Shown: positions 20,768 to 31,493 of the stretch, one piece after another | How positions within the stretch are numbered: the first letter of the stretch is position 1 | Layout: each line of letters starts with the position of its first letter | Origin: a bacterium | GTDB taxonomy: Bacteria > Zhuqueibacterota > Zhuqueibacteria > Residuimicrobiales > Krinioviventaceae | DNA length: 64,000 bases | Direction of reading: 5' to 3' | Assembly (NCBI GenBank): GCA_963674595.2 | Contig: CAXXFV010000003.1 | Location: forward strand, 32,001 to 96,000 | The notes under the pieces: generated by a model | Told to the model about the DNA's origin: nothing | Database searches by the model: none | Seen by the model: the letters and a program-made list of their open reading frames with translations, nothing else | Program-made: the position numbers and the translations under genes

Positions 20768-21694
20768 TTATGTTATATCTAAATTATTTTCCTTGATGAA
20801 TTCTTTAGCTTCAGTACAAAGTTGATCCGCAGAAACATACATAATTTTTTGGTCCTTATTGCGAAATCCATTATAAAGAACATCTGGAATTGGCAATGTA
20901 TCTTTGCGGATCATATAAATTTTTGTTTGGATATCTCTACTAATACCTTCGAGATTTATAGTGTCTATTTTCTGTTCAAGGGCATCATCCCAAGTTTTGC
21001 GTAAATGAACTTTTAAAAATTCTTGATCATTTGCAGCATTGCGTTGAGAAAAAAACTGAATTATTCCCCAAATATATGCTGGAACAACCGGCACTAACCA
21101 GGAAAACACAAAAGACGGAACATCTGTTTTTAATAATGAAGCAATAATGAAAATGCCTATACCTAATATTATAAGCCCCCAAAGTAGAATACTAGCGAAG
21201 CGACGACGAAGACTGCTATCCCAAAAGAGATTTGCTCTTTGACATATAAGCCGGGAATAAGCTAATGACAAACAATCTGTATTTTCAAAGTACCAATTCA
21301 ATAACTTTTCTTTGTTTTGAGGTTTTCTCAAATGCTTGTTTGCTTTCGCGATATAATCTTCACTTTCAGGTTTGGCCTGGCAAACAACATCATTCCACTT
21401 GAGCTGTAACACACGTGTATCAAACAGTTCTTGAATTTTAGCAGCTCTATTTCTAAAACTGTTTTCTTTTTTTAATATAATTACCTCAAAAAGCGTTATA
21501 ATTACACCCCATATTGACGCAAATGTTTCCAATGGACTAATAACTTTTCCTAATATAAATACAAGTATAGTAAGAGGCACAACAAGAACAAACAAATACC
21601 ACTGAATCATTTTACCCTCAGAGTATAATTGCCGTTGAGCAGCTAACAAAATAATATTTTTCTCTTCGTTTTGTGCTTCAAAAATTGTTTTCAT
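20768..21694 (-). CDS. S-4TM (SMODS-associated 4TM) pore-forming effector
   Basis: IFEAQNE..LLAAQRQLYS, AAKIQELFD..V..L.WN, NWY, CQRANLFWDSSLRR motifs; two TM pairs. Confidence 0.8.
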   Translation of the reverse strand: MKTIFEAQNEEKNIILLAAQRQLYSEGKMIQWYLFVLVVPLTILVFILGKVISPLETFASIWGVIITLFEVIILKKENSFRNRAAKIQELFDTRVLQLKWNDVVCQAKPESEDYIAKANKHLRKPQNKEKLLNWYFENTDCLSLAYSRLICQRANLFWDSSLRRRFASILLWGLIILGIGIFIIASLLKTDVPSFVFSWLVPVVPAYIWGIIQFFSQRNAANDQEFLKVHLRKTWDDALEQKIDTINLEGISRDIQTKIYMIRKDTLPIPDVLYNGFRNKDQKIMYVSADQLCTEAKEFIKENNLDIT

Positions 21695-21716
21695 ATGTCA
21701 CTCCTGCGTAAATAAT

Positions 21717-23360
21717 TTAGATTGCTTGTTCATATGTGCGGCTATTTATTGTTGAAAAGCTATTTGATTTTTCTCTGTAAACTTGAAAATGTAATGCTTT
21801 TCTAATATTTTCATTAAAAAGTTTTAAAGCAATTTCTTTTCCTTGTTCGTCATCAATAAATAATATATCATTAGATTGGTTATATTCTTGTAACATCTCA
21901 TTATTCATTACTCGTTTCAAGTCTTTTTCTTTAATCGTAGGTAAGAATGAGGCAGGAACGCACTCCGCCAGACTTAAAGCTTTTGTTATATCCTTGTTAT
22001 ACTCTCTATTGTTAACAGAATTGGGTAAAAGTTTTTTCAAACTTTGACTTGTATAGATAGTCTCTTTTTGTAATTTCCTAAACTCTGAAATTACATCGCC
22101 ATTGATTTCTTCTTCCTCCATCGCATGCAGAACATCCTCCGTTATTTTATGCCCGGAAGCAAACAATGGATATGTAAATAAGTGTTTCAGGTCAGAGTCA
22201 TACCATAAAATTTTTGAAATAGAGTTTAAACTTGGATAGTGCAATAAATCACTAAATGTATTTGGGTGTTTATGTAATACTAGGTTATATATTTCATCTA
22301 TATTGATTGAATATTGTGCTGGTGGTGCAGTATCAAATGGATCACTGTTTTTTATTACAATAGTGTTTATGGAAAACTCAATGGAACCATAGCCGTAAGA
22401 CTTGCCATTTCCAATTTTATGACGAAGCCTTTTACCCGGAATGAGTGAAAATACGAAAAAATCCAATATACTCTTGGGGATATCTGAAAAGTAAATTCGG
22501 AAAGGAAGACTTTGTGCCCCTGCTTTTAAGCACTCTATACTGTAAAAATAAAGTGGCCGTTCCAAATCTTTCGGCCAATTATTAGAATTGCCATACCAAC
22601 TTGTGCATTTTTTATGATCTTGATGAAAATAGAATTTTCTCCCCCGATAACCTGAACCAATAAATTTAGGTAGCCAATCCTTTTGAATTTTATATGCTTT
22701 TTGATACCACCAGCTTGAAGCACTTGGATGAGCCCCTCCCATGAATGCGGAATTATTGATATCCGGCAACAGGTAAGAATCATTATTGAATTCAATGTTA
22801 TTGGATGCGATATTAGCATCCTCAATAGCAATTCGTCCTCTAAAAGTACTACCATTCGTCCCAGATATAGCCCCAAATAAAAAAGATGCAATATCAAATC
22901 TTTCTATTTTCTCAGGAAAAGTTATTTTCTCAGGTAATGAATATGGAATGCTACTATCAACACTGACAATATCATTATTGAGTTTTAATTCTTTTATTGA
23001 ATTAACTACTTGGAATCCTATTGCATGCTTTTTCTTCTCCTTTTTGTAATAAGGACTTACCTGTGAAACCCACCCATTTGTTATGGCTTCAATAAACGAT
23101 CTTAATAAGCCTGAAATTGAAGTGCCTGGTATTTGATTTAAACCATTATTTTTATAAAAATAGCTTTTTTCTATTTTTTCCCCTTTTGAATTAACTTTTT
23201 GATGGCCACAAATATGTACAGGGGACAATGCTTGAATTTGAACATCCATATAACCAGTTAAAAGGTTATCATCGTAATCAAGCCATTCATCCATTGTTTT
23301 AAGTATAGGATCTTCATCAGCAAAAGGAACAAAATCAAATGGATTCATGTTATGTGCCAT
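21717..23360 (-). CDS. Cas7-group RAMP with insertion (TIGR03986-like)
   Basis: NPFDFVP, IPGTSISGLLRS, RGRKFYFHQ, IGNGKSYGYGS. Confidence 0.85.
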   Translation of the reverse strand: MAHNMNPFDFVPFADEDPILKTMDEWLDYDDNLLTGYMDVQIQALSPVHICGHQKVNSKGEKIEKSYFYKNNGLNQIPGTSISGLLRSFIEAITNGWVSQVSPYYKKEKKKHAIGFQVVNSIKELKLNNDIVSVDSSIPYSLPEKITFPEKIERFDIASFLFGAISGTNGSTFRGRIAIEDANIASNNIEFNNDSYLLPDINNSAFMGGAHPSASSWWYQKAYKIQKDWLPKFIGSGYRGRKFYFHQDHKKCTSWYGNSNNWPKDLERPLYFYSIECLKAGAQSLPFRIYFSDIPKSILDFFVFSLIPGKRLRHKIGNGKSYGYGSIEFSINTIVIKNSDPFDTAPPAQYSINIDEIYNLVLHKHPNTFSDLLHYPSLNSISKILWYDSDLKHLFTYPLFASGHKITEDVLHAMEEEEINGDVISEFRKLQKETIYTSQSLKKLLPNSVNNREYNKDITKALSLAECVPASFLPTIKEKDLKRVMNNEMLQEYNQSNDILFIDDEQGKEIALKLFNENIRKALHFQVYREKSNSFSTINSRTYEQAI

Positions 23361-23362
23361 AA

Positions 23363-24406
23363 TTATGCTCCTTTCGTTTGTGTTAATTTTGATAAATCTA
23401 TACCCAGCATCGGTTCTATTTTATTAAATTTACAACCAGACCATATCCCTGCCAAATGATCCAAATCTGATAAAATATCTTTTTGTGATTCCCATAAAAT
23501 ATCTTCATGTAAAGCTGACTTTTGGGATATATACAAGCCATAAATCTCCTTTTCAACCGAAAGTTCGCCCTTGCCATGCTGAGTAAGAGCACCAAATCTT
23601 ATCATTCCATTATTTATATTATTTTTCCACAAGTTTAAAAGTTTAATATCGAATAATGTAGGATTTAGAATGTGGAGTTTCAAAGTTAACTCTTGTTTCG
23701 CACACATTTCCACCCAGGAATGTAATCCTTTAGCTTTAGCTCCCTGTGTTACTCTATCAATTGGATTTCTAATCCCAATTTCGGTGTTAACATTTCGAGG
23801 TCCATTTTTGATATCGACATTTTTTCCTGAATATTGCATTGTGCTGTTGTCTTTTTGATTTTCAATTTTTGTTTCTACTCTTAAACGACCTGCCCACGTA
23901 TAATCGGCTGGTTCCTCGCTATTTATTTCAAATGTATTTCCAAAAAGAGAAAGAATATCGAACCAATAACTTTTTCTTGTATTTAATATTTGCTTTACAT
24001 CAGATATTTTTTTTTCAATCTCTTCAAGTGTCAACTTACTGTCCTGCTTATTGGGTAAATCAAATAGATTTCTTTCCTTTATATTAACCAGGAAATTAAT
24101 TGCTGCGTTTCTTAAACAGCCTCTAATGCTGCTTGCTGGAATTGAATATGAAGGAATTATATTATCATTATCCAGTAGAAATTCATAATTAAAATCAGAT
24201 GTTTTGGAAAAATTACTATTTACATTATCTGAAAGATTGGGCACTTCCCAATTAAACTCTAAATTTGTACCTCTTCCTTTAGTTGTATCACTTTGCTTAA
24301 ATGAAGATACATAGCCATTGCGAACCACGAGAGGAGTTTTTGTTAGACAAAGCCATTGTGTATATAAAACTCCCAGAACACCTTTTTCATATGGAATATA
24401 TGTCAT
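23363..24406 (-). CDS. Cas7-group RAMP (Csm3-like)
   Basis: IPASSIRGCLR, PIDRVTQGA, FGALTQHGKG. Confidence 0.8.
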   Translation of the reverse strand: MTYIPYEKGVLGVLYTQWLCLTKTPLVVRNGYVSSFKQSDTTKGRGTNLEFNWEVPNLSDNVNSNFSKTSDFNYEFLLDNDNIIPSYSIPASSIRGCLRNAAINFLVNIKERNLFDLPNKQDSKLTLEEIEKKISDVKQILNTRKSYWFDILSLFGNTFEINSEEPADYTWAGRLRVETKIENQKDNSTMQYSGKNVDIKNGPRNVNTEIGIRNPIDRVTQGAKAKGLHSWVEMCAKQELTLKLHILNPTLFDIKLLNLWKNNINNGMIRFGALTQHGKGELSVEKEIYGLYISQKSALHEDILWESQKDILSDLDHLAGIWSGCKFNKIEPMLGIDLSKLTQTKGA

Positions 24407-24417
24407 AGCAAATACTC

Positions 24418-25311
24418 CTATAAGCTTTTAATAAAGGTAGTTTTAAACTTTTTTATCAAGTTAATTTGATCTTCTTTTTTCATCCCTAATCCTAACATAA
24501 TTTGATAACCTGCATCTGTTTTTTCTGAAGCCAAACTGAGCCATTGTTTGATATTATCTTTATTAAGGCGATAAAGTCCATCAAGTTCAAATTTCATCCT
24601 ACCAAATCCTCTTCCTATCATTGCTCCAATTGAAAGAGGATAAATAGGTGAATTAAATCCCTCAAGTCCAAGAAGAAGAAAACCCATTTCTTCGTCGCTC
24701 AAATTTCGCCCAATAATTGTTAACTTATATTTTTGACCTACCGGAGCAACATCAAAAGAATACAGTTTGTTTGCTGCTGCTGCTCCTGTTAGCGGGTCAA
24801 TAGCGACAGATCTGAACACGTAGCTTTGCAGATCGTGATTCCAACCTTTTTCAGCAAATTTTGGAGAATCAATTTGTATGGTGGATGGGGCATCCCAAAA
24901 CTCAACTTTGCTTTCACAGAAAGGGGTACCAAATACCTGTTCTAACAGACTCGCTTCTGTTTGTATATATTCTTTTTGATCATCTTGGTTCATTTCTCGA
25001 AATTTACTTTCCTTATCAAATTCCGGTTCGGATGCAATGTTTTTATCGAATGAACTAAAAAGAGAATACAAATAATGACGAACGACTCCCCTCAATGCAC
25101 TACCTGGTAAATATGGAAGGCATCGATAGTCCCGTTCAATTTCAGCAATTTCAGGAGTATCCTCATCAGTTTCGTCTATTTTTAACATCTCATCCTTTCG
25201 TACTTGTCCGGTGCCTATGTGTAATGGCGATATTGATGTCAATGTTGCTTCGATGCGATACAAGTTTTCAAGTGTATCACCTTTAAACCAATATTTATTT
25301 TCTGCTTCCAT
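24418..25311 (-). CDS. Cas7-group RAMP (Csx7/Csm3-like)
   Basis: SPLHIGTG, PYLPGSALRGVVR, VAIDPLTGAA, IGAMIGRGFG. Confidence 0.88.
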   Translation of the reverse strand: MEAENKYWFKGDTLENLYRIEATLTSISPLHIGTGQVRKDEMLKIDETDEDTPEIAEIERDYRCLPYLPGSALRGVVRHYLYSLFSSFDKNIASEPEFDKESKFREMNQDDQKEYIQTEASLLEQVFGTPFCESKVEFWDAPSTIQIDSPKFAEKGWNHDLQSYVFRSVAIDPLTGAAAANKLYSFDVAPVGQKYKLTIIGRNLSDEEMGFLLLGLEGFNSPIYPLSIGAMIGRGFGRMKFELDGLYRLNKDNIKQWLSLASEKTDAGYQIMLGLGMKKEDQINLIKKFKTTFIKSL

Positions 25312-25313
25312 TA

Positions 25314-27143
25314 TTATTTCTCCTGTTCTGCATTAAATCTTTTTGTCCAGTGCCAATTAAGATTTATAGAAATTTCCCCATAACCATTTTCGGCTACAAA
25401 GGGGCATACTTTCCAGCTATCACCATCTGAGATACCAAGATTTTCTACTTCAGAAGCAATGTCTATTGGCAGAGGAAGTCCATCAATTTTTAGCCGTGAT
25501 AGCTGAGTATTTGCCAGATCATTATCATATGCTTTTAGTACAAAGACACTACCGGCTTCCGTTAACACCCAAGGATAATATCTATTATTATGCAATTGTT
25601 TATACTGATGTCCAAAATATCCACCTACCATCTTTTGTCGTGCAAAAAAATTGACAAGATACATATTTCCATTAGTCGCTTCACTCCAATATTTGTTATA
25701 TAGTTCGCGGAGATTTTCGAGATTCGATTGTTTAAACGCATGAAACAGCAATGCATCACTTTGAAGTACAACGACTGCATGATCATCAATTATTGTCTCG
25801 GAACGTTCTTTAATAGCAGAGGTTGCCAATCCTTGATTTATTTTAAAATCAAAACGTGAATCCCTCTTGCCAAGATATTTCCAAGCCTGCTGTATTGCGT
25901 CAAATAGTTCAGAGGCAGTCTCTCTAGTATTATTTTTGGGAAAAATAATATTTGAAATCCATATGATCCTTTTTTTGTTTGCTTTAGTTCCAGAGTAATT
26001 ACAATAAGGCGAGATATATTGGAAGGTGTATAATTGATTTTCAGATGCTGTCCTTGATTTTATATCGATGCTAGTTCTTGTTTTATTAATAGTAATACAA
26101 TCTTCCCAACCAAATTCTTTTTCAATATACTCAGATCCCTTCCAATCGATTCTAAAGGTAGGTGCCTTTTTTGTCGTGTGATCCAGGGCAAATTTATTGA
26201 CATGAGCAACATCTTTGTATTCTTTGTTATCGCTGTAAACAGTTGACATTGGAATAAACACCGGCCGTTTTGTCTCATCACCAGAAGGAAAAGCATTAGT
26301 AAAACGAATTTTGGAAAAATTTGTTGCTAGATTGGGAAATTGGCTATAAACATTCTTGTTTTCATTATTTATATCTTCATTCAATTCCGCACCACAGAGG
26401 TCATTTATAGCACGGGCAACAGAACCTTTTAATACCGATCCTGAGATTATTTTTACTGATTCTCGATAATTAGATGAATTTACCTTTCCCCCAACAAACA
26501 AATCATCTATCATTCGAATTGTTAAATGATATTCTCGTGTTGTGTTTGTTATTGCTATTTCTGTTTTTTGTTTGTTTGGATTCAATTGTACATCAATTTT
26601 TGTTAATCGTCCAAAACCACATCCTTTCATGCTTCCAAAACCGCCTATCCACTTTAATCCTACCTTCAAAGATTCAGCAATAGATGATGCTTCTTTATCA
26701 TTTTCTGCCCAAAACTGAATGCAACCTTTCCAGGCAGAAGTAGATCCAGAAACAAACAAATTTTCATTTATTTGGAGAAATTTATCTCTAGCTGTTCCAG
26801 TCTTTCTATCTATAGAATTTCTTGTTGACGGCTTTAACTTTTGGATGTTAGTTTCCATTAAATCAAAATCACTAAAAAATAATTTGCCCTTTCCTGTGTC
26901 AAAAGCTTCTTGCATTTTTTTTCCAAACCATCCATCTATTGTGAAGTTATTTAAATTCACTAATTTTTCTAAATCATGAAACGAATCTCGTAATTTTCCT
27001 TTTACATGAGAACCTTTTAATGCTATTAAACCATCAGATTTACGATAAAAGATACTATCAAGACCCATAGTATTGGTCGTACCCTTACTTAAAATTGGAC
27101 CTTTTAGATATAAAATTATATTAAACGAAAAAAACTTTCTCAT
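25314..27143 (-). CDS. Cas7-Cas5 fused RAMP (Csx10-like)
   Basis: N-terminal GSHVKGKLR..GGFGSMKGCGFG; C-terminal ISGSVLKG, AGSVF, ENGYGE. Confidence 0.8.
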   Translation of the reverse strand: MRKFFSFNIILYLKGPILSKGTTNTMGLDSIFYRKSDGLIALKGSHVKGKLRDSFHDLEKLVNLNNFTIDGWFGKKMQEAFDTGKGKLFFSDFDLMETNIQKLKPSTRNSIDRKTGTARDKFLQINENLFVSGSTSAWKGCIQFWAENDKEASSIAESLKVGLKWIGGFGSMKGCGFGRLTKIDVQLNPNKQKTEIAITNTTREYHLTIRMIDDLFVGGKVNSSNYRESVKIISGSVLKGSVARAINDLCGAELNEDINNENKNVYSQFPNLATNFSKIRFTNAFPSGDETKRPVFIPMSTVYSDNKEYKDVAHVNKFALDHTTKKAPTFRIDWKGSEYIEKEFGWEDCITINKTRTSIDIKSRTASENQLYTFQYISPYCNYSGTKANKKRIIWISNIIFPKNNTRETASELFDAIQQAWKYLGKRDSRFDFKINQGLATSAIKERSETIIDDHAVVVLQSDALLFHAFKQSNLENLRELYNKYWSEATNGNMYLVNFFARQKMVGGYFGHQYKQLHNNRYYPWVLTEAGSVFVLKAYDNDLANTQLSRLKIDGLPLPIDIASEVENLGISDGDSWKVCPFVAENGYGEISINLNWHWTKRFNAEQEK

Positions 27144-28615
27144 AATATCCCTCCAGAATAATCCAAAAGATTATAGGCCAGTAACCAACGATTGTAATTA
27201 TCAATAATTAATTGATCTATAGCATTTTTTAAAATTTCTTTAGTTTTTGCATTCATTCTCTTATATATGCTGTTGAGAATATCATCTATTTTTTCTGGTT
27301 GGCCATTTTTAATTGTATGGAGAATTGCGTACAATTTATTTCTCGGTAAATATTTGTCAATTACTTGCAAATTTGACATTAGCCCGCCAAAATTACCTGC
27401 TTCAATTACCATTGTTTCGGGTGGTATTGGTTTATAATAGTTATTCAAAAATTCTAATATATCACCGCTAATCATATCTATTGAAGTCATATTCAAGATT
27501 GCAATTTTATTAGAATGTTCATCAATTTGTTCAACATCTTGCGGTATATCAAATTTCGCAAGTTCGCATAATCTGTGCACATATTCCCGGACTTGGAGTA
27601 TTGGAAGGTTGTGGGGGCAAAATATTACTCCAGCTGTATGCGTTACGTGCAAATCATTGAAAAAGATTTTATTACTCATGCTGTTAAAAATACTTTGAAG
27701 TACATTAAATCCTTGCCAGGCTGGCACAATTAATTCCAACTCATCGCCTCCCCAAAGTAGTATCTCAGCTCTTATTTGATTTTTAGTACTAGTTTGTAAT
27801 AAAAATGATTTATTTTCAGGTTTTTGGGCAAATCTAACAACATTTTCTATAGCTGGAACACGTAAATCTTGTTGAATTTTGCTTTGGAATTCTTGATAAT
27901 CTTTTTCCGTATTGCAGACTTTATCTCGCAACTTCCCAAATCTATTGCCATCAATATATATAAATGCCATTTTACCATCAAGCCTACCAGCAGCAGCATC
28001 TTTAGTTAATGATTCCAAATCATTTGTGAAAGGATAATCAATATTTATTAAACTGGGATTAAGTAAATTAGGAGTATTTGATAATCGCAATATCAAATTT
28101 TTACGAAGTATTCTCCCGTTGTCTTGCCTTACCTTCACGGCCTGTGAACGTCTAATATCTTCGTTCCCCTTTTTAATAGGATCTACAAAGGGTCTTACTC
28201 CGTCGAATTCACAAAAGTTGTCTCTGTTTTTTTCCTCGGGTAGTTTGAAAGAAGGAGATTGATATTGTTGCCAACGGCATTCTGCCATTAACTCTTGTAG
28301 CTGTTCCTGAAAGAGTTTATCAGGCGATATTTTTTGCATAGAATGTACAATAGTAGCAAAAGGGATTTTGGATTCTACTTGAGCTAAAATATCATCACAA
28401 ACCTGCTTGGCTTCTTTTTCATTTGGCACCTCCATACGCAATAATGCAACACTTGCTGTTGATCCCAAATCTTTAATTTTAGCTTTTTTATGTGTGATTT
28501 CATAGAATGCATCATGCTGCATAAAACTACCACCACGTATAGTCGATATATCATATGTGTCATAAATGGTAAAATCAAGATTAACAGCTTCAATTCTTAA
28601 ATGATAACTCGCCAT
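27140..28615 (-). CDS. cas10: Compact Cas10, no HD domain, palm motif GGDE
   Basis: IRGGS, C..DG.RP, YIDGNRFG, WGGDE motifs. Confidence 0.85.
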   Translation of the reverse strand: MASYHLRIEAVNLDFTIYDTYDISTIRGGSFMQHDAFYEITHKKAKIKDLGSTASVALLRMEVPNEKEAKQVCDDILAQVESKIPFATIVHSMQKISPDKLFQEQLQELMAECRWQQYQSPSFKLPEEKNRDNFCEFDGVRPFVDPIKKGNEDIRRSQAVKVRQDNGRILRKNLILRLSNTPNLLNPSLINIDYPFTNDLESLTKDAAAGRLDGKMAFIYIDGNRFGKLRDKVCNTEKDYQEFQSKIQQDLRVPAIENVVRFAQKPENKSFLLQTSTKNQIRAEILLWGGDELELIVPAWQGFNVLQSIFNSMSNKIFFNDLHVTHTAGVIFCPHNLPILQVREYVHRLCELAKFDIPQDVEQIDEHSNKIAILNMTSIDMISGDILEFLNNYYKPIPPETMVIEAGNFGGLMSNLQVIDKYLPRNKLYAILHTIKNGQPEKIDDILNSIYKRMNAKTKEILKNAIDQLIIDNYNRWLLAYNLLDYSGGIL

Positions 28616-28653
28616 AAAATCCTCCCGTTTAATTCAAATTTTCGAAAAAAAAA

Positions 28654-29622
28654 TTACGTTACTAGATTATATTCAATCAATATCTTTCCCAACCCAAAAC
28701 TCGTTCCCTTACCCACATGTAATACTTTTGCGGCATTGAGCAGTTCGCTAAAGGGTTTTAAATCACCTTCTAACGAAATATTACCAATAAAACCGCCGAT
28801 ATCCATTTTGGTATGTTGACGACTGCTAAAGCGGCGCCAGTCCTCCCAACGGAGATTTTTATCGACCACTTTTACGGCATTGGCAAGTTTTAAAAAATTA
28901 TAAAATTCCCAGTTTGGCTGTTCATCCGGGACATAAAAGTGCGTCAGTTCCAGATGACGGCGGAGTATTTTAAAAACCAGCATTCGAAAATTGAATTCCA
29001 TCGAATATTGGCTCTGAAATTTTATTCGGGTGGGCGTGAGGAACGACAAATTCATCTTTTCTGAAAAACCATTCTCCAGACCGGTTACAGAAAGATCAGC
29101 GTTTTCACACAAGTGTTGGTCAGTACCCCGGTATAATAACCGCTCTTCAAAATCGTGATCATGTTGTTTATACCAGTAGGCTTCTGAACATAAAAAAGGA
29201 CTTTTATGCACAGTAAATCCGCTTTCTGCCATGCGGCTGACGGCAAAAATGATATAGGGGTAATAGTCACAGGCGTTGCCAATCAGCGTCAACATAAAGT
29301 CCAGATTTTCACCCTTTTGTAGGTGTGTTTGTTGATGATTACAATCAATGATAAAAGGTTTCGGTGCTTCTTCAATGCCTTTTAAAAAGGGAGGAGGCTC
29401 ATCCTTAATATATACATCGAATATTTTGGTAAACACACATTGATTTTGCAGCATACATGTTTTACACGTATGTTTTGGCGGCATAACACAAACGGTTTTC
29501 CTTAAGGCGTGACCAAATGCACCACGAAGCATGGAGCCTTTGTTGTGCGGGAGATACGTATCCTGCAAAGCCGTTAATACAAAACGGATTTTCAGAAAAG
29601 GTATTTTGGGTAAATTATACAC
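28654..29622 (-). CDS. cas6: Cas6 pre-crRNA endoribonuclease
   Basis: GSMLRGAFG, Cys cluster, HVGKGTSFGLG G-rich loop. Confidence 0.93.
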   Translation of the reverse strand: MYNLPKIPFLKIRFVLTALQDTYLPHNKGSMLRGAFGHALRKTVCVMPPKHTCKTCMLQNQCVFTKIFDVYIKDEPPPFLKGIEEAPKPFIIDCNHQQTHLQKGENLDFMLTLIGNACDYYPYIIFAVSRMAESGFTVHKSPFLCSEAYWYKQHDHDFEERLLYRGTDQHLCENADLSVTGLENGFSEKMNLSFLTPTRIKFQSQYSMEFNFRMLVFKILRRHLELTHFYVPDEQPNWEFYNFLKLANAVKVVDKNLRWEDWRRFSSRQHTKMDIGGFIGNISLEGDLKPFSELLNAAKVLHVGKGTSFGLGKILIEYNLVT

Positions 29623-29903
29623 AAAAATCCTCCCGAAAAGTGTATTTTTTTAGAATATTATTTTACAAAATAATCTTTGTTGATTGATATAAAAATCCGG
29701 ATGTGTATTTAAATTTAATATGGATATTAATCTAATGCATATTCCGGATCAAAATTGCCACCCAATCCGGTGAAAGTTGCCACCTGTTCCGTTTGAAAAC
29801 TGCCACCCAATCCGGTTGAAAATTGCCACCCCAATTTTTTCGGTTTTCTTTTTCTCCAAACATTTAGACATAATTATTAATTTTCTCCATTGGACAAAAG
29901 CCG

Positions 29904-31493
29904 ATGGAGGAACATATTATGCCTATGAGGAGAATACCCATGGAAAAGATACGGGAAATCATCCGATTAAAAGAAACAGCAAATTTAAGCGACCGGGCCA
30001 TAGCTCGTGCGCTAAATATTTCCAGACCCGTTATAAAACAATATTTTGTACAAATCAAAAATGCCGGTCTAAATTATGATGCCATAAAAGACATGGATGA
30101 CGACACACTTGTAGCCCTCGTACAAGATAGAAATATATCCAACTCCCAACGATATAAAATTATATCCAGCCAATTCGATTATTTATCTAAAGAATTAAAA
30201 CGAACAGGGGTCACTCTACATCGACTATGGCAAGAGTATCTAGCTGAATATCCTGATGGGTATGGATATTCTCAATTTTGTTATCATTTCCAGCAATGGC
30301 GAAACAGCAGCGAATTGACCATGCATATTCATCACAAAGCAGGGGATAAAATGTTTGTCGACTTTACTGGTAAACATCTCGAGATTGTCGACAGACATAC
30401 CGGTGAAATTAAGGAGGTTGAAGTTTTTGTTGCCGTTCTTGGCGCCAGTCAACACACTTATGTGGAAGCCACCATCAGCCAGAAAAAGGAAGACTGGATA
30501 AAAGCAAATCAAAATGCACTTTACTATTTTGGCGGTGTTCCCAAAGCCATCGTGCCGGACTGTCTAAAGTCGGCAGTAAACATCGGAAATAAATATGAAC
30601 CTGATATCAATCCGGAGTATATAGATTTCGCCCGTCATTTTCAGACAACTATTTTACCGGCCAGACCAAACGCTCCAAAAGATAAAGCTCTTGTTGAAGG
30701 TGCCGTGAAAATCGTATATGCCTGGATATTTGCAAGTTTACGTAATCGTATATTTCATACCCTTGAAGAGCTTAATCAGGCGATTATGGAGGAACTCGAA
30801 AAATATAACTCAAAACCCATGCAAAAACTAAAAGTCTCAAGAAAAGCATTATTTGATGAGACAGAGAAGGCGGCACTCCGGGACCTGCCAAAAGAAAAAT
30901 ATACAAGACGTCGGTTTAAATGCCTGAAAGCTCAATTCAACTATCATGTTTACCTCAGTGAGGACAAACATTATTACAGTGTGCCCTATCGTTACCGTGG
31001 CAAGCAAATCACTGTAATTTATACCGATAGCATTGTCGAACTTTTTTTCAAAAACAAGAGAATTGCTTTTCATAAAAGAGACTGTTCTCCAAATCATTAT
31101 ACAACTGTAAAAGAACATATGCCGTCACATCACAGGTTTGTCAATGATTGGAGTCCGAATAGATTTATCAGTTGGGCACAAAAGTCAGGTGACCATGTAA
31201 AGCACGTCATAGAGCAGGTTTTGGCTCAAAGAAAACATCCGGAGCAAGCATATAAAGTCTGTATGGGGATACTTGGTTTAGAGAAAAAATATACCAAAGA
31301 ACGTTTGAACAATGCTTGTCGAATTGCTATTCGCTTTCAATATTATTCCTACAGAGGCATAAAAAGAATTTTAGAAAACAAAATGGACACATATCAACCC
31401 GAACAGTACAAACCATTGCCGGAGCATCAAAACGTCAGAGGACAAAAATACTATAACAGGGAGAATTACCATGATTCATCAAGCAACCTATGA
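29904..31493 (+). CDS. istA: IS21 transposase IstA
   Basis: MFVDFTG, VPDCLKSAV, PKDKALVE motifs. Confidence 0.95.
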   Translation: MEEHIMPMRRIPMEKIREIIRLKETANLSDRAIARALNISRPVIKQYFVQIKNAGLNYDAIKDMDDDTLVALVQDRNISNSQRYKIISSQFDYLSKELKRTGVTLHRLWQEYLAEYPDGYGYSQFCYHFQQWRNSSELTMHIHHKAGDKMFVDFTGKHLEIVDRHTGEIKEVEVFVAVLGASQHTYVEATISQKKEDWIKANQNALYYFGGVPKAIVPDCLKSAVNIGNKYEPDINPEYIDFARHFQTTILPARPNAPKDKALVEGAVKIVYAWIFASLRNRIFHTLEELNQAIMEELEKYNSKPMQKLKVSRKALFDETEKAALRDLPKEKYTRRRFKCLKAQFNYHVYLSEDKHYYSVPYRYRGKQITVIYTDSIVELFFKNKRIAFHKRDCSPNHYTTVKEHMPSHHRFVNDWSPNRFISWAQKSGDHVKHVIEQVLAQRKHPEQAYKVCMGILGLEKKYTKERLNNACRIAIRFQYYSYRGIKRILENKMDTYQPEQYKPLPEHQNVRGQKYYNRENYHDSSSNL

